Source: Candidatus Kerfeldbacteria bacterium
GTDB taxonomy: Bacteria; Patescibacteriota; Patescibacteriia; SBBC01; CAIJZX01
Assembly: GCA_016193315.1 (NCBI GenBank)
Contig: JACPSJ010000001.1
Span: 663,478 to 727,477 of the forward strand
Direction: 5' to 3'
DNA: 64,000 nt
Below are positions 43,935-54,083 of this stretch, piece by piece. The position numbers and the translations under genes are program-made. How positions within the stretch are numbered: the first letter of the stretch is position 1; each line of letters opens with the position of its first letter. The notes beneath the pieces were generated by a model. That model searched no databases, had not been told where the DNA came from, and worked only from the letters and a program-made list of their open reading frames with translations.

Positions 43935-45047
43935 CTAGAGCGGCGTGGTCCGGTGGCGAATGATCATGCTTTCGAGCAAGCCGATCGCCATCAAGCTGAC
44001 TATCAGCGAGCTGCCGCCGTAACTGAGGAATGGCAGCGGTAAACCGGTGACGGGGAACAGACCGAGGTTCATCAAAATATTAATGCCAGCTTGGAGAAAT
44101 AGGATATTGCCCAGGGCCAAGGCCAACAAGAGGCTAAAGTTATCCTGGGCCTGGCGAATCAACCGGACCAGGCGCCAGAAAAGCAACCCGAACAGGCCGA
44201 CGATAGCTAGGCTGCCGACCAACCCCAGCTCTTCGGTGATCGAGGCAAAAATAAAGTCCGTCTGGCGTTCCGGCAGAAAATTCAGCTGGGATTGCGTACC
44301 CAGCCCGAGGCCGCGCCCAAAGACTTGCCCCGCCCCGATGGCGGTCACCGACTGCCGCACGTTGTAGCCGCCGCCCAGTGGATCCCGCCCGGGAAAGAAT
44401 AGGTTGCGCACCCGCTCCTGCTGGTACGGCTGGAGGAGCGCTCCCCAGGTCAGGAAAGCGAGGCCGACCAGGACCAGACCCACCATCACCATGCGGCGAC
44501 GAGGGATCGGCATGGTAAACAAGAGCACGACCCAGAGCCCGAGCAGGATCGAGGCCGAACCATAGTCGGGCTGAGCCATGACTAACCCGACCGGCAGGGC
44601 GACGATCAGCGCGCTGGTGAGCACCAAGCGCCACCGACCACTGTCGGCTAGGTGGTCAGCGAAGTATTTAGCCAGGACCACCGCCACGATGAGCTTGACG
44701 AGTTCAACCGGCTGGAACTGAAGACCGGCGACCTCGAACCAGCCAGTCGTACCACGAACCGTGGTCCCCAGGTAGCGTACGGCGACCAGAAGCGCTAGCC
44801 CCAAACCGTATAGCAACCAGTGCAACCCGGCCAGATAGCGATAATCCAGGCGGGCTAAGCCGAGGGCCAGGCCCAGTCCAATGACCGCGAAAGAGGATTG
44901 CCGCACGAACAAAGTATAGTCCGGTTGACCTTCATGGAGGGAGAAGCTGTAGAGTGCCGCCAAGCCAAACAAAACGAGGATGACGACGATGGTCAACAGA
45001 CCCAAGTCGAGACCGCGCGCTAACTGTCGAACACCGAGCGTCGGCAT
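43935..45047 (-). CDS. ftsW: SEDS-family peptidoglycan polymerase FtsW/RodA
   Basis: 10-TM SEDS profile with a conserved C-terminal region (LPVTGLPLPFLSYGGSSL). Confidence 0.85.
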   Translation of the reverse strand: MPTLGVRQLARGLDLGLLTIVVILVLFGLAALYSFSLHEGQPDYTLFVRQSSFAVIGLGLALGLARLDYRYLAGLHWLLYGLGLALLVAVRYLGTTVRGTTGWFEVAGLQFQPVELVKLIVAVVLAKYFADHLADSGRWRLVLTSALIVALPVGLVMAQPDYGSASILLGLWVVLLFTMPIPRRRMVMVGLVLVGLAFLTWGALLQPYQQERVRNLFFPGRDPLGGGYNVRQSVTAIGAGQVFGRGLGLGTQSQLNFLPERQTDFIFASITEELGLVGSLAIVGLFGLLFWRLVRLIRQAQDNFSLLLALALGNILFLQAGINILMNLGLFPVTGLPLPFLSYGGSSLIVSLMAIGLLESMIIRHRTTPL

Positions 45048-45051
45048 CCGG

Positions 45052-45882
45052 TCAACGATAGAGATTGTCGCGATCGAACTGGTTGATCTGGGGGCTGACG
45101 ACTGCCTGGCTGGCCGTGGCCACCGGGTACTGCCAGGTCCGGTTGATGGTCTTGGTCGTCAGCGTTGGCCAGCGGTCTAGGACTAGTTCATCGACTGCCA
45201 CAATCTCCGGGCCGGCTTTGATCACCACCGGCACCCGAACTTTTAGGAAGCTGTAGACGGAACGGTTGGTGACCGTGGCGGTCAGATTGACGGTTAGAAC
45301 GCGCTGGCTGCCGATAGTCACGGTGGTTGGTGTCAGCGTGACCTGCTCGACCGTGAAGGACGGTGGCGGCACGGCGGCCGAGGCCGCTCGCGCCCAGATG
45401 ACGTCGGTCACCTGCAGGGTTGCTGACCCCGGGGCTGATTGGCCAACCGAAACATTCAGCTGCATCACCGGCCGTTCACTACCCGGATTGAGCCACAGTC
45501 GTTGAATCTCAAGCGCCTCGCCCCCCAGCGTGAATTGCGCGATCACCTCTTTGGCGCCCCAACCATGGTTCGGGTTGTTGACCATCGCCACGAGGTCAAC
45601 GCTTCCGTCGTGCGGGCCGATGATGGCTACTGGGCCGACGACCAGGGGCTGTGGCTGCACGGCGGACGATGGCTGGAGATCGGCCAGGCTTGCGGCGGCT
45701 CGCCCGACCAGGTTATCGAAGCGCGGCTGGGTAAGGAAGAAAAAGAAAAAGAAAATGATCGCCCACACCAAGCTGAGACCCATAAAAGCCAGCAGCACAA
45801 TGACCCACCAGGTACGGAGCTGGGCCTTGTGACTGACAATCCAGTATCCCAGGGCGAGCTGGAAATCGCCGCGTGGCGTCAT
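45052..45882 (-). CDS. Membrane-anchored hypothetical protein with poly-Phe tract
   Basis: N-terminal TM helix ending AIIFFFFFFLTQ, then a ~200-aa extracytoplasmic domain. Confidence 0.45.
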   Translation of the reverse strand: MTPRGDFQLALGYWIVSHKAQLRTWWVIVLLAFMGLSLVWAIIFFFFFFLTQPRFDNLVGRAAASLADLQPSSAVQPQPLVVGPVAIIGPHDGSVDLVAMVNNPNHGWGAKEVIAQFTLGGEALEIQRLWLNPGSERPVMQLNVSVGQSAPGSATLQVTDVIWARAASAAVPPPSFTVEQVTLTPTTVTIGSQRVLTVNLTATVTNRSVYSFLKVRVPVVIKAGPEIVAVDELVLDRWPTLTTKTINRTWQYPVATASQAVVSPQINQFDRDNLYR

Positions 45883-45951
45883 GGCGCCTCCATGCTACCA
45901 GACGACCAAGGGGCAGTCAATTCGCCCTAGCGACCGGTCCGTGGCTGTGGT

Positions 45952-46272
45952 ATGATGATGGCCATGGATTCTCGCGATGTGCTCTTCCTGACCTTGGCTG
46001 TCTGTGCTGCCGTCCTGACTGCCGGCTCGGCCTGGCTGTTGTACTACTTGGTTCGAATCATCCGCACCGTCGCCGCCGCGGTCGACGATTTTCGGCAACG
46101 GTTGGCCACCATCGATGGCATCCTCCAAACGATCAAGGATAAATTATCGTCGACTCACCTTCAACTGGCCGCCTTGGCTGCGGGGTTGAAGCAGCTCATT
46201 AGTTTCTTCGCCAGTCGGCGAGTCAAGCGCCGACCCAGCACTCGCGCATCAACCCCAGCAGACGAGTTCTAG
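45952..46272 (+). CDS. Small membrane-anchored coiled-coil protein (DUF948-like)
   Basis: N-terminal TM helix followed by a heptad-like helical region. Positioned directly upstream of dnaE on the same strand. Confidence 0.4.
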   Translation: MMMAMDSRDVLFLTLAVCAAVLTAGSAWLLYYLVRIIRTVAAAVDDFRQRLATIDGILQTIKDKLSSTHLQLAALAAGLKQLISFFASRRVKRRPSTRASTPADEF

Positions 46273-46329
46273 CTCCTGGCTGGGAGATGGTGCTGTCATC
46301 ACCACGGCCACGGTGGTGCGGTTCTCGCT

Positions 46330-49300
46330 ATGCCCGACTTCGTCCACCTCCACACTCATAGTCACTACTCCCTGCTCGATGGTTTGCCGAAAATCGAGGA
46401 TTTGGTGTCGGCCGCGAAAGACCAAGGCGCTACGGCCCTGGCCCTGACCGACCACGGTGCTCTCTACGGAGCGATCGAATTCTACCAGCGCTGCCGGGCC
46501 GCCGGCATCAAACCAATCATCGGCGTTGAAACGTACGTCGCCCCGCACGGCCGACAACAGAAACGGGCCAAGGTAGACGAACGAAACTACCACCTCATCT
46601 TACTGGCCAAAGACTACCGGGGATACCTCAATCTCATCAAGCTGGTCTCCCTGGCTCACCTCGAAGGATATTACTACCGGCCGCGGGTTGATGATGAGAT
46701 TTTGGCCCAACACCACGCCGGGCTGATCGCGCTCAGTGCCTGCCTGAAAGGTGAAATTCCGACGCTCCTCAGGAATAGCGACCAGGCGCAGGCTCGACGC
46801 GCCGTTGAGCGCTATCAACAGCTGTTCGGCCCCGACGGTTTTTTTCTCGAACTCCAGCCGCACAACAACGATGACCAGCAGACGGTCAATCGCGGCCTAA
46901 TCGAGCTCAGTCGCCAGACTGGAGCCCCGCTCGTCGCCACCGCCGACAGCCACTACCTGCGGCCGGAAGATGCCGAAGCGCAGGACATTCTGCTCTGTAT
47001 CCACCTCAAACGTCAACTGGCGGATCGGGAGCGGATGACCATGGCCGGCCAGGACTTGTCGCTCCGTTCACCGCGGGCGATGGCCGAGGCGTTCCGCCAT
47101 CTACCGGAAGCGATCGCGAATACGGTCAAGATCGCGGCCCAATGTAACCTCGAAATCCCGCTCGGCCAAACTCGGTTGCCGCACTTCGACGTCCCGGCGG
47201 GGGAAATGCCGGAACGCTATTTAGCCGAATTGTGCCAGGCCGGCATCCCGCGACGCTACGGTCAGCTCCGGCCGGAGATCAGGCAGCGTCTCGACTACGA
47301 GTTGAGGGTCATCAACGACACCGGCTTTGCCACCTACTTCCTGATCGTTCAGGATCTCGTCAATTGGGCCAAGCAGCATGGCATTGTGGTCGGCCCGGGC
47401 CGTGGTTCGGCGGCCGGCTCGATCGTTTCCTACCTACTCAATATTACCAACGTTGACCCGTTGAAATATGATCTCCTGTTCGAGCGATTTCTGAATCCGG
47501 AACGGGTGGCCATGCCGGACATCGACATTGACTTCGCCGACATCCGGCGAGATGAGGTCCTCCGGTACGTCGAAAAAAAATACGGTCGCGAGCACGTGGC
47601 GCAAATCATTACCTTTGGAACGATGGCTGCCCGCGCGGCCATTCGCGACGTTGGGCGGGTGCTTGGGTTGCCGTACGCCTATTGTGACCGAGTGGCCAAG
47701 CTGATTCCGATGTTTGCCAGCCTCAGCCAGGCGCTGGAGCAAGTCCCGGAGCTGCGGGAGATCTATGAAAATGATGCCGCGGGCCGCCGGCTGATCGAAA
47801 GCGCCAAGAAGCTCGAGGGTGTCGCTCGCCATGCCTCGCGCCATGCCTGCGGGGTGGTGATTACGAAGGAACCGCTCGAACATCATGCCCCCCTGCAGTA
47901 CGCCTCCCCCGAGGATCAGTCGATCATTAGTCAGTATTCACTCCATCCGATCGAGGATCTTGGCCTGCTGAAAATGGATTTCCTCGGCCTGGCCAACCTC
48001 ACCATCCTGGAAACCTGCATTGCCGTTATCGCTCAAACGCGCCAGCAGCAGATTGACCTCGATCGGATACCGTTTGACGACCAACGGACGTTTCAACTCC
48101 TCCAACGCGGGGAGACCACCGGGGTTTTCCAACTGGAATCGGGTGGCATGCGTCGTTATCTGCGCGAATTGAAGCCGACCTCACTCGAGGATATCATCGC
48201 CATGGTCGCTCTCTATCGCCCCGGGCCGATGGAACTCATTCCCCAGTTTATTGCCGGCAAACACGGCCGCCACCGACCGACCTATCTCGATCCGCGGCTA
48301 GAACCAATCCTCCGCAAGACGTATGGTGTGGCCGTCTACCAAGAACAAGTCATGCAGCTGGCTCGTGACATTGCCGGTTTCCCCCTGGGCGAAGCTGATG
48401 TCCTGCGCAAAGCCGTCGGTAAGAAAATCGGCAAACTCCTCAAGGAGCAACGCGAGCGGTTCATCGCCGGGGCGATCAAGCATGGGACGAGCCGGCCCGT
48501 GGCGGAGAGGATTTTCGACTTCATCGAACCGTTCGCACGATACGGTTTCAACCGTTCGCACGCGGCCTGCTATGCCGTCATTGCCTATCACACCGCCTAC
48601 TTCAAAGCGAATTATCCCGCCGAGTTCATGGCCGCCCTGCTGACATCCGACCAGCACAATACTGATCGGGTGGCCTTGGAAATCGAGGAGGCGCGACGGA
48701 TGGGGTTACCCGTCCTGCCGCCAGACGTCAATGAGAGCGAGGCCAGCTTTACGGTGCTGGCCGGACGAGCCGCCAGCGGAACCGGCACCGCCGGGCCGAC
48801 TGGTCCTGACCAACCGCGAACCATCCGTTTCGGCCTCGGCGCCGTAAAGAATGTCGGTGACCATCTAGTCGACACCATCATCGCTGAGCGCAAGCGTGAC
48901 GGGCCCTTCCAGGGGCTGGAAGACTTTCTCCGCCGCGTCCAGCACAAAGATCTCAATAAAAAATCGCTCGACAGCCTGGCGAAGGTGGGGGCGCTTGACG
49001 CCTTGGCCGAACGACAGGTCATTCTCGAGAACCTCAATGATTTGCTGAAGTACGCCAAGCGCGCTGACGAAGAAGCGACGGTTGGACAAACCAGCCTCTT
49101 CGGCTCGTTCCCCACCCAGCACGCGCCGCGGTTGCGTCTCAAACCCGCCTCCCCGGCCAGTCGGTCGCAGCGCGGCCAATGGGAGAAGCGACTCCTCGGT
49201 CTCTATATCACCGACCACCCACTCGAAGAATACCGCCAACACCTGGCTCGCGCGGCCCAGCCGATCGCTCACGCCCGAGAACGATCGGCGCAACGCCTGA

Positions 49301-49773
49301 AGATCGGTGGGCTGGTGACCAGCGTCAAACGGATAACTACTAAATCGAACGAGCGGATGGCCTTCGTTCGCCTCGAGGATCTATCCGGCGCCATCGAGGT
49401 CGTCGTTTTCCCGAACCTTTTCCAAACCACCGGCTTGCTCTGGCAGGAAGACCGGATCCTAATCATCGAAGGACAGGTGACGAACCGCGATGGCGAGTGG
49501 AAGGTGCTGGCCGATCGAGCCTGGGAATTCCAGCCGTCCACCGCGCCCACCGAGTCGGCCGTCCAAATCGCCATTAATCTTGAGCAGACCTCGCCAACCA
49601 CGATGCAGGAGCTCAAAACCGTTCTCCAATCATGGCCGGGGGAACGGCTGGTCGAGCTCGTCGTTCGCCGCGGTCAGCAGCAACGCGTGGTACGAACGGA
49701 GCACCGGATTTCTCTGACCCCCGAGCTACGACAAGCCCTGGAGAGCCTGCTCGGGCAGTGCCTGATTCTCTAG
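46330..49773 (+). CDS. dnaE: DNA polymerase III alpha subunit
   Basis: PHP domain (FVHLHTHSHYSLLDG), polymerase core, HhH and OB domains. 1147 aa. Confidence 0.95.
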   Translation: MPDFVHLHTHSHYSLLDGLPKIEDLVSAAKDQGATALALTDHGALYGAIEFYQRCRAAGIKPIIGVETYVAPHGRQQKRAKVDERNYHLILLAKDYRGYLNLIKLVSLAHLEGYYYRPRVDDEILAQHHAGLIALSACLKGEIPTLLRNSDQAQARRAVERYQQLFGPDGFFLELQPHNNDDQQTVNRGLIELSRQTGAPLVATADSHYLRPEDAEAQDILLCIHLKRQLADRERMTMAGQDLSLRSPRAMAEAFRHLPEAIANTVKIAAQCNLEIPLGQTRLPHFDVPAGEMPERYLAELCQAGIPRRYGQLRPEIRQRLDYELRVINDTGFATYFLIVQDLVNWAKQHGIVVGPGRGSAAGSIVSYLLNITNVDPLKYDLLFERFLNPERVAMPDIDIDFADIRRDEVLRYVEKKYGREHVAQIITFGTMAARAAIRDVGRVLGLPYAYCDRVAKLIPMFASLSQALEQVPELREIYENDAAGRRLIESAKKLEGVARHASRHACGVVITKEPLEHHAPLQYASPEDQSIISQYSLHPIEDLGLLKMDFLGLANLTILETCIAVIAQTRQQQIDLDRIPFDDQRTFQLLQRGETTGVFQLESGGMRRYLRELKPTSLEDIIAMVALYRPGPMELIPQFIAGKHGRHRPTYLDPRLEPILRKTYGVAVYQEQVMQLARDIAGFPLGEADVLRKAVGKKIGKLLKEQRERFIAGAIKHGTSRPVAERIFDFIEPFARYGFNRSHAACYAVIAYHTAYFKANYPAEFMAALLTSDQHNTDRVALEIEEARRMGLPVLPPDVNESEASFTVLAGRAASGTGTAGPTGPDQPRTIRFGLGAVKNVGDHLVDTIIAERKRDGPFQGLEDFLRRVQHKDLNKKSLDSLAKVGALDALAERQVILENLNDLLKYAKRADEEATVGQTSLFGSFPTQHAPRLRLKPASPASRSQRGQWEKRLLGLYITDHPLEEYRQHLARAAQPIAHARERSAQRLKIGGLVTSVKRITTKSNERMAFVRLEDLSGAIEVVVFPNLFQTTGLLWQEDRILIIEGQVTNRDGEWKVLADRAWEFQPSTAPTESAVQIAINLEQTSPTTMQELKTVLQSWPGERLVELVVRRGQQQRVVRTEHRISLTPELRQALESLLGQCLIL

Positions 49774-49776
49774 TCG

Positions 49777-50877
49777 ATGCTCGGCCAAGCCAAAGTTCAA
49801 CGACTCTACCGGGTGGTGACCATCGTCTTCCTTGGTCTGGTCGGGTTGACCTTCGGCGGTGTAGTCTATGCTGGTTGGTCCAGAACGATCATCACGGTCA
49901 CGCCGAAGCGAACGGCCCTGACGACCTCTTTCCCGATTACCGTTAGTCCTGATCCATCGACCGCCACTGGTGTCCGCGGGACCGTCACGAAAACAACGAG
50001 AACGGCGAGTGCCACGGCCAAACCTTCGGACGTGGGCCTGTCCGTACCGGCTCATGCGCGCGGCACCATCACCCTTCATAATGAGGGTTCGGCCGCCCAA
50101 TCACTGGCCACCCAGACCAGGCTCCAAGCCACCAGCGGCGTCATTGTCCGGATCGCCGAGCGAGTGATTGTCCCCGCCGGCGGGACGGTTGACGTCACTG
50201 CTGTGGCTGACCCGCTCGGGGCGGAGGGAGAAATAGCGCCCGGCCGTTTGACCATTGTGGCCTTGCGCCCAGCCAACCAGCAACTCATTTATGGCACCGT
50301 GGCTGAAGCTTTTACCGGCGGCCTCGAGCCTCGTTCTGGCACCCTATCGGTCGACGAGCTGACGAAAACAAGCAACGAAGCGCAGTCCCAGATCAGTGCC
50401 GCGGTTGGTGCCGATCAACCTGGTCGTCTCGTCGTCCTCAGGCCGCAAGAAGTCGCTACTGATCCGAAGCCTGATGTGCCGAGTGCCGAGTATCAGGTGA
50501 CGGTGACGGTCGAGGTGTTGGATATTCGCTACGAGACCGAGTCGCTGCGCCGCCTGGTGGAGCAGTCTTTGACCGCGCAGCTCGGCGATGACCAGGAGCT
50601 GGTGACCATCGGCCAGCCGGAGTTGACATTCGATCAGCAACCAACCCTGGAGAGCGCACTGGTGACCGCCAAAGCCAGAGGCCAGGCCGAACTCAGTGCC
50701 ACCAGTGCCATGATCCAGCCACAGCGCTTCGTTGGGCTTGATCGACAAGCTATTCTCGTCGCCCTACTCGGCAGCAACCTCATCGAGTCGGCTGAGGTTC
50801 AAATTTCTCCGCGCTGGCGTCGTCACGCTCCGAGCGAAGCCGCGCGGATTGAGGTTCGGCTCCAGCGCGCCTCTTGA
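49777..50877 (+). CDS. Hypothetical membrane-anchored protein (366 aa)
   Basis: N-terminal TM helix, then an Ala/Thr/Val-rich beta-type domain. 4 nt downstream of dnaE. Confidence 0.4.
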   Translation: MLGQAKVQRLYRVVTIVFLGLVGLTFGGVVYAGWSRTIITVTPKRTALTTSFPITVSPDPSTATGVRGTVTKTTRTASATAKPSDVGLSVPAHARGTITLHNEGSAAQSLATQTRLQATSGVIVRIAERVIVPAGGTVDVTAVADPLGAEGEIAPGRLTIVALRPANQQLIYGTVAEAFTGGLEPRSGTLSVDELTKTSNEAQSQISAAVGADQPGRLVVLRPQEVATDPKPDVPSAEYQVTVTVEVLDIRYETESLRRLVEQSLTAQLGDDQELVTIGQPELTFDQQPTLESALVTAKARGQAELSATSAMIQPQRFVGLDRQAILVALLGSNLIESAEVQISPRWRRHAPSEAARIEVRLQRAS

Positions 50878-50924
50878 CGAGATCGCCGAATCCGCTAGAC
50901 TCAATGACTCATTATTACTAAGCG

Positions 50925-52667
50925 ATGCCCGCCACTCCGGCTTCAAAAAACCTGACGGCTATCAGACACACCCTGGCCCATCTCTTGGCGCACGCTGTTC
51001 AGGATCAGTTCCCGCAGGCGACATTCGCCATCGGCCCGGCCATTGACAATGGTTTCTACTACGACGTCGACGTCGGTCGACCGTTGAGGCCCGAGGATTT
51101 GCCTACGCTGGAGCGACGGATGCGCCACTTAGTCAAGCAAGGCTTGGCGGTCGAGAAGATTGATGCTGAACACGAGAGAGTGAAGCGGTATCTCGCCGCT
51201 CAGCCGTTCAAGCAAGAACTGGTGGCTGACCTCCATGCGGCTCATCAAGAACCGACATACTATCAAGTCGGACACTTCATCGACCTCTGCCGCGGCGGCC
51301 ATGTGACGAACACCCGTGACATCCCCCTCGACGGTTTCAAGCTCAGCCATCTGGCCGGCGCCTACTGGCGTGGCGACAGCGCGAAGCCGATGCTGCAGCG
51401 AATCTACGGCGTCGCCTTCCAGACCAAGGCCGAGCTTGATCAATACCTCGCTCGTCAGGCCGAGGCAGCCAAGCGGGACCACCGCAAGCTCGGCAAGGAA
51501 CTCGGCATCTTCTCCATGCACGATGTGGCTCCGGGTACGCCGTTTTGGCTGCCGGCCGGCATGATCATCATTCGCGAGCTCGAGAGCCTGCTGCGGACGG
51601 AGTACCAACGCCGCGGCTTCGTTGAAGTCCGCACGCCGATCCTGGTCAAGAAAGACCTATGGCAGCAATCGGGCCACTGGGACCACTACCGAGAGAACAT
51701 GTTTACCTTGCGGGTGGAAAACGAAGACTACGCCCTGAAAGCGATGAACTGCCCGGCCAGCTGTCTGATCTACGGCGAGCAGACCCGGAGTTACCGCGAT
51801 TTTCCTCTCCGGCTGGCTGAATTCGGCGTCCTGCACCGTAACGAGATCGCCGGCGCCCTCGGCGGTCTCTTCCGCGTTCGCGGGTTCACCCAGGACGATG
51901 CCCATCTCTACTGCCGTCCTGATCAAATCACCAAGGAGATCGGCGACCAATTACGCTTCACCCTGGCGATGCACCGCTTGTTCGGCTTCAAGCCCAGTTT
52001 CCGTTTAGCCACCCGGCCGGAGCCGGCCATGGGCGATCCGAAGCTCTGGGAACTCGCCGAACGATCCTTGGCGAGTGCTTTGCGGTCGAACAATATTCCC
52101 TATGCCGTGGCCGAAAAAGATGGGGCGTTCTACGGACCAAAAATCGACATCGATGTGACCGATTCCCTCGGTCGAACCTGGACGATTGCCACCATTCAAC
52201 TCGACTTTCAAATGCCCGAGCGCTTTGCGCTGGAGTACACCGATGAACACGGCCGATCGCCGCGACCGATCATGATCCACCGGGCGATTTTCGGATCCTA
52301 CGAACGGTTCATCGGCCTATTGATCGAACACTTCGCCGGCGCATTTCCGCTCTGGCTTTCCCCAACTCAGGTCGAACTGCTGACCGTCGCCAAGAAACAT
52401 CGAGCCACCGGCCAGAAGCTCTTGAAACTCTTGACTCAGGCCGGTTTGCGGGTTCATCTCGATGACAGCGATGAAACCGTCGGCTACAAAATCCGGAAGG
52501 CCGAGAAACAGAAAGTGCCATACATGATTGTAGTTGGTGAGAAGGAGAAAACGCTTCAGCGAATGGCGATACGAGTCCGAGGAAAGAAGCAAGTGCGGTC
52601 AGTCCGCTTGAAAACGTGGATCATCCAAGCGCAAAAAAAGATGGCCTCGCGGTCGAGCGCCCTATAA
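50925..52667 (+). CDS. thrS: Threonine--tRNA ligase (class II, lacking the long N-terminal TGS extension)
   Basis: Class II motifs (FRVRGFTQDDAHLYC, HRAIFGSYERFIGLLIEH) and a C-terminal anticodon-binding domain. Confidence 0.9.
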   Translation: MPATPASKNLTAIRHTLAHLLAHAVQDQFPQATFAIGPAIDNGFYYDVDVGRPLRPEDLPTLERRMRHLVKQGLAVEKIDAEHERVKRYLAAQPFKQELVADLHAAHQEPTYYQVGHFIDLCRGGHVTNTRDIPLDGFKLSHLAGAYWRGDSAKPMLQRIYGVAFQTKAELDQYLARQAEAAKRDHRKLGKELGIFSMHDVAPGTPFWLPAGMIIIRELESLLRTEYQRRGFVEVRTPILVKKDLWQQSGHWDHYRENMFTLRVENEDYALKAMNCPASCLIYGEQTRSYRDFPLRLAEFGVLHRNEIAGALGGLFRVRGFTQDDAHLYCRPDQITKEIGDQLRFTLAMHRLFGFKPSFRLATRPEPAMGDPKLWELAERSLASALRSNNIPYAVAEKDGAFYGPKIDIDVTDSLGRTWTIATIQLDFQMPERFALEYTDEHGRSPRPIMIHRAIFGSYERFIGLLIEHFAGAFPLWLSPTQVELLTVAKKHRATGQKLLKLLTQAGLRVHLDDSDETVGYKIRKAEKQKVPYMIVVGEKEKTLQRMAIRVRGKKQVRSVRLKTWIIQAQKKMASRSSAL

Positions 52668-52727
52668 CTTTATAAAAACCCACCAGTTTCCTGATGGGGT
52701 ACTTCGAGGTTGGATCCGACGGCACGC

Positions 52728-53069
52728 CTAAAACGGCTTGAACCCGGTCGGCTGGAGCAGGATCCAGACGAAGCCTGAGATGTCGGCCCCGGCGAGTTCC
52801 TTGACCCGCGCGGCGATTCGCGCGGTCCGCTCGTCGAGGTTGGCCCGCCGAGACGGGAAATCGTGGGCCCAGATGATGATCTCGAGATCCTTGGTGTGGA
52901 CGTCGAGCGGGCCGAAATCCTGAACCCAGATCTCGATATCGCCTGGGCCGAGAGCCATCTCATCGCTGCTGAGTTGCTCGGCAGCGACCGCGGTCAGGGC
53001 CAAGACGAGATTCCTGATATTTTCGTCCGACACTCGCTCCGGGTTGCGGTTAACAACAACCAATGGCAT
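52728..53069 (-). CDS. Tautomerase-superfamily-like small protein (Pro1 N-terminus)
   Basis: Start MPLVVVN (Met-Pro). ~113 aa. Tentative. Confidence 0.35.
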   Translation of the reverse strand: MPLVVVNRNPERVSDENIRNLVLALTAVAAEQLSSDEMALGPGDIEIWVQDFGPLDVHTKDLEIIIWAHDFPSRRANLDERTARIAARVKELAGADISGFVWILLQPTGFKPF

Positions 53070-53220
53070 GTGCGCCTCCTTCGGCAACGGAGTCCTTGGC
53101 TTCCCGAGTTTTCATGAACTCGGGGTGAACAGAATGTGCAACGAAAGACCTTAGCAGGTTACGGCCGCTGTGTCCAGGCCTGGTCAACTGATTTCGCTGG
53201 ACGGCTGCAAAAAACCGCAC

Positions 53221-53976
53221 CTAATGGTGCGGCCGTTCGGCGGAGTTGAGTTGGTCAATGAGCCTTGGCAATTCCGCCACGCGCTCAATCGTGTGGAACC
53301 GCGCCCCTCGAGGAAACCGTTTGGTCCGGAGCCACGGCAGTCCAGCATTTCGTAGCCACACCCCGACGATCCCCAGACGGAGGGCTGGCCTGACGTCGCT
53401 ATCGAGCGAGTCGCCGACCATCATCGCACGACCGGCGAATCCTCCCAGCCCTAGCAATCGCAGCTGTGGACCCTTCGGTTCCTGCACCGGATGGATCGAA
53501 TCGAAAAGCGCCTCAATCCCATTGCGTCTAACCTTCAGCAGCTGGAATTCCCTGTCTCCCAGCGTCAGCAGGTGGAGTTGGTGACCGTCCGTCTTCAGCT
53601 TGGCCAGTGTCTCGGCCACGCCCTCGAAGAGCGGGTAAGGTGCTGATCGCACCACTTCGAAAGCACCCTGGATCGAAGCCCCCACTATCGGATCGATCGG
53701 CTGCTTGAGTCGGGCTGCCAAGTGTGCGTATGCCTCTTCCCAGGCGTCTTGGAACAAGTCGAAGTAGAAGCCGCGGCGCTCGAACAGTGCCGCCTGGACG
53801 AACCGGCCGTAGCGAATAAGTTGATCGTCTGGCATGTCGAGTCCAGGCAGGGCGGTGTGGATGATCGTGGCACAGGCTAAGTCAGCCGCCTGATAGTACT
53901 CGCTGCACCGCCACAAGGTGCCATCGCCATCGAAGATGATCGTCCACCGACCATCCACAGCGGAACCATTCGTCAT
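53221..53976 (-). CDS. HAD-superfamily hydrolase
   Basis: Motif I IIFDGDGTLW and motif IV MMVGDSLDSDV. Confidence 0.7.
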   Translation of the reverse strand: MTNGSAVDGRWTIIFDGDGTLWRCSEYYQAADLACATIIHTALPGLDMPDDQLIRYGRFVQAALFERRGFYFDLFQDAWEEAYAHLAARLKQPIDPIVGASIQGAFEVVRSAPYPLFEGVAETLAKLKTDGHQLHLLTLGDREFQLLKVRRNGIEALFDSIHPVQEPKGPQLRLLGLGGFAGRAMMVGDSLDSDVRPALRLGIVGVWLRNAGLPWLRTKRFPRGARFHTIERVAELPRLIDQLNSAERPHH

Positions 53977-54083
53977 CAGGTACCTCCGGTTGGAAGGTGG
54001 AATGAAATGAACAGAAGGAACAGTTTGGTACTATTCTCGTAACAGAAAAAATCAGCGAGGTCAAGCGTGCTATACTTCCGGCC

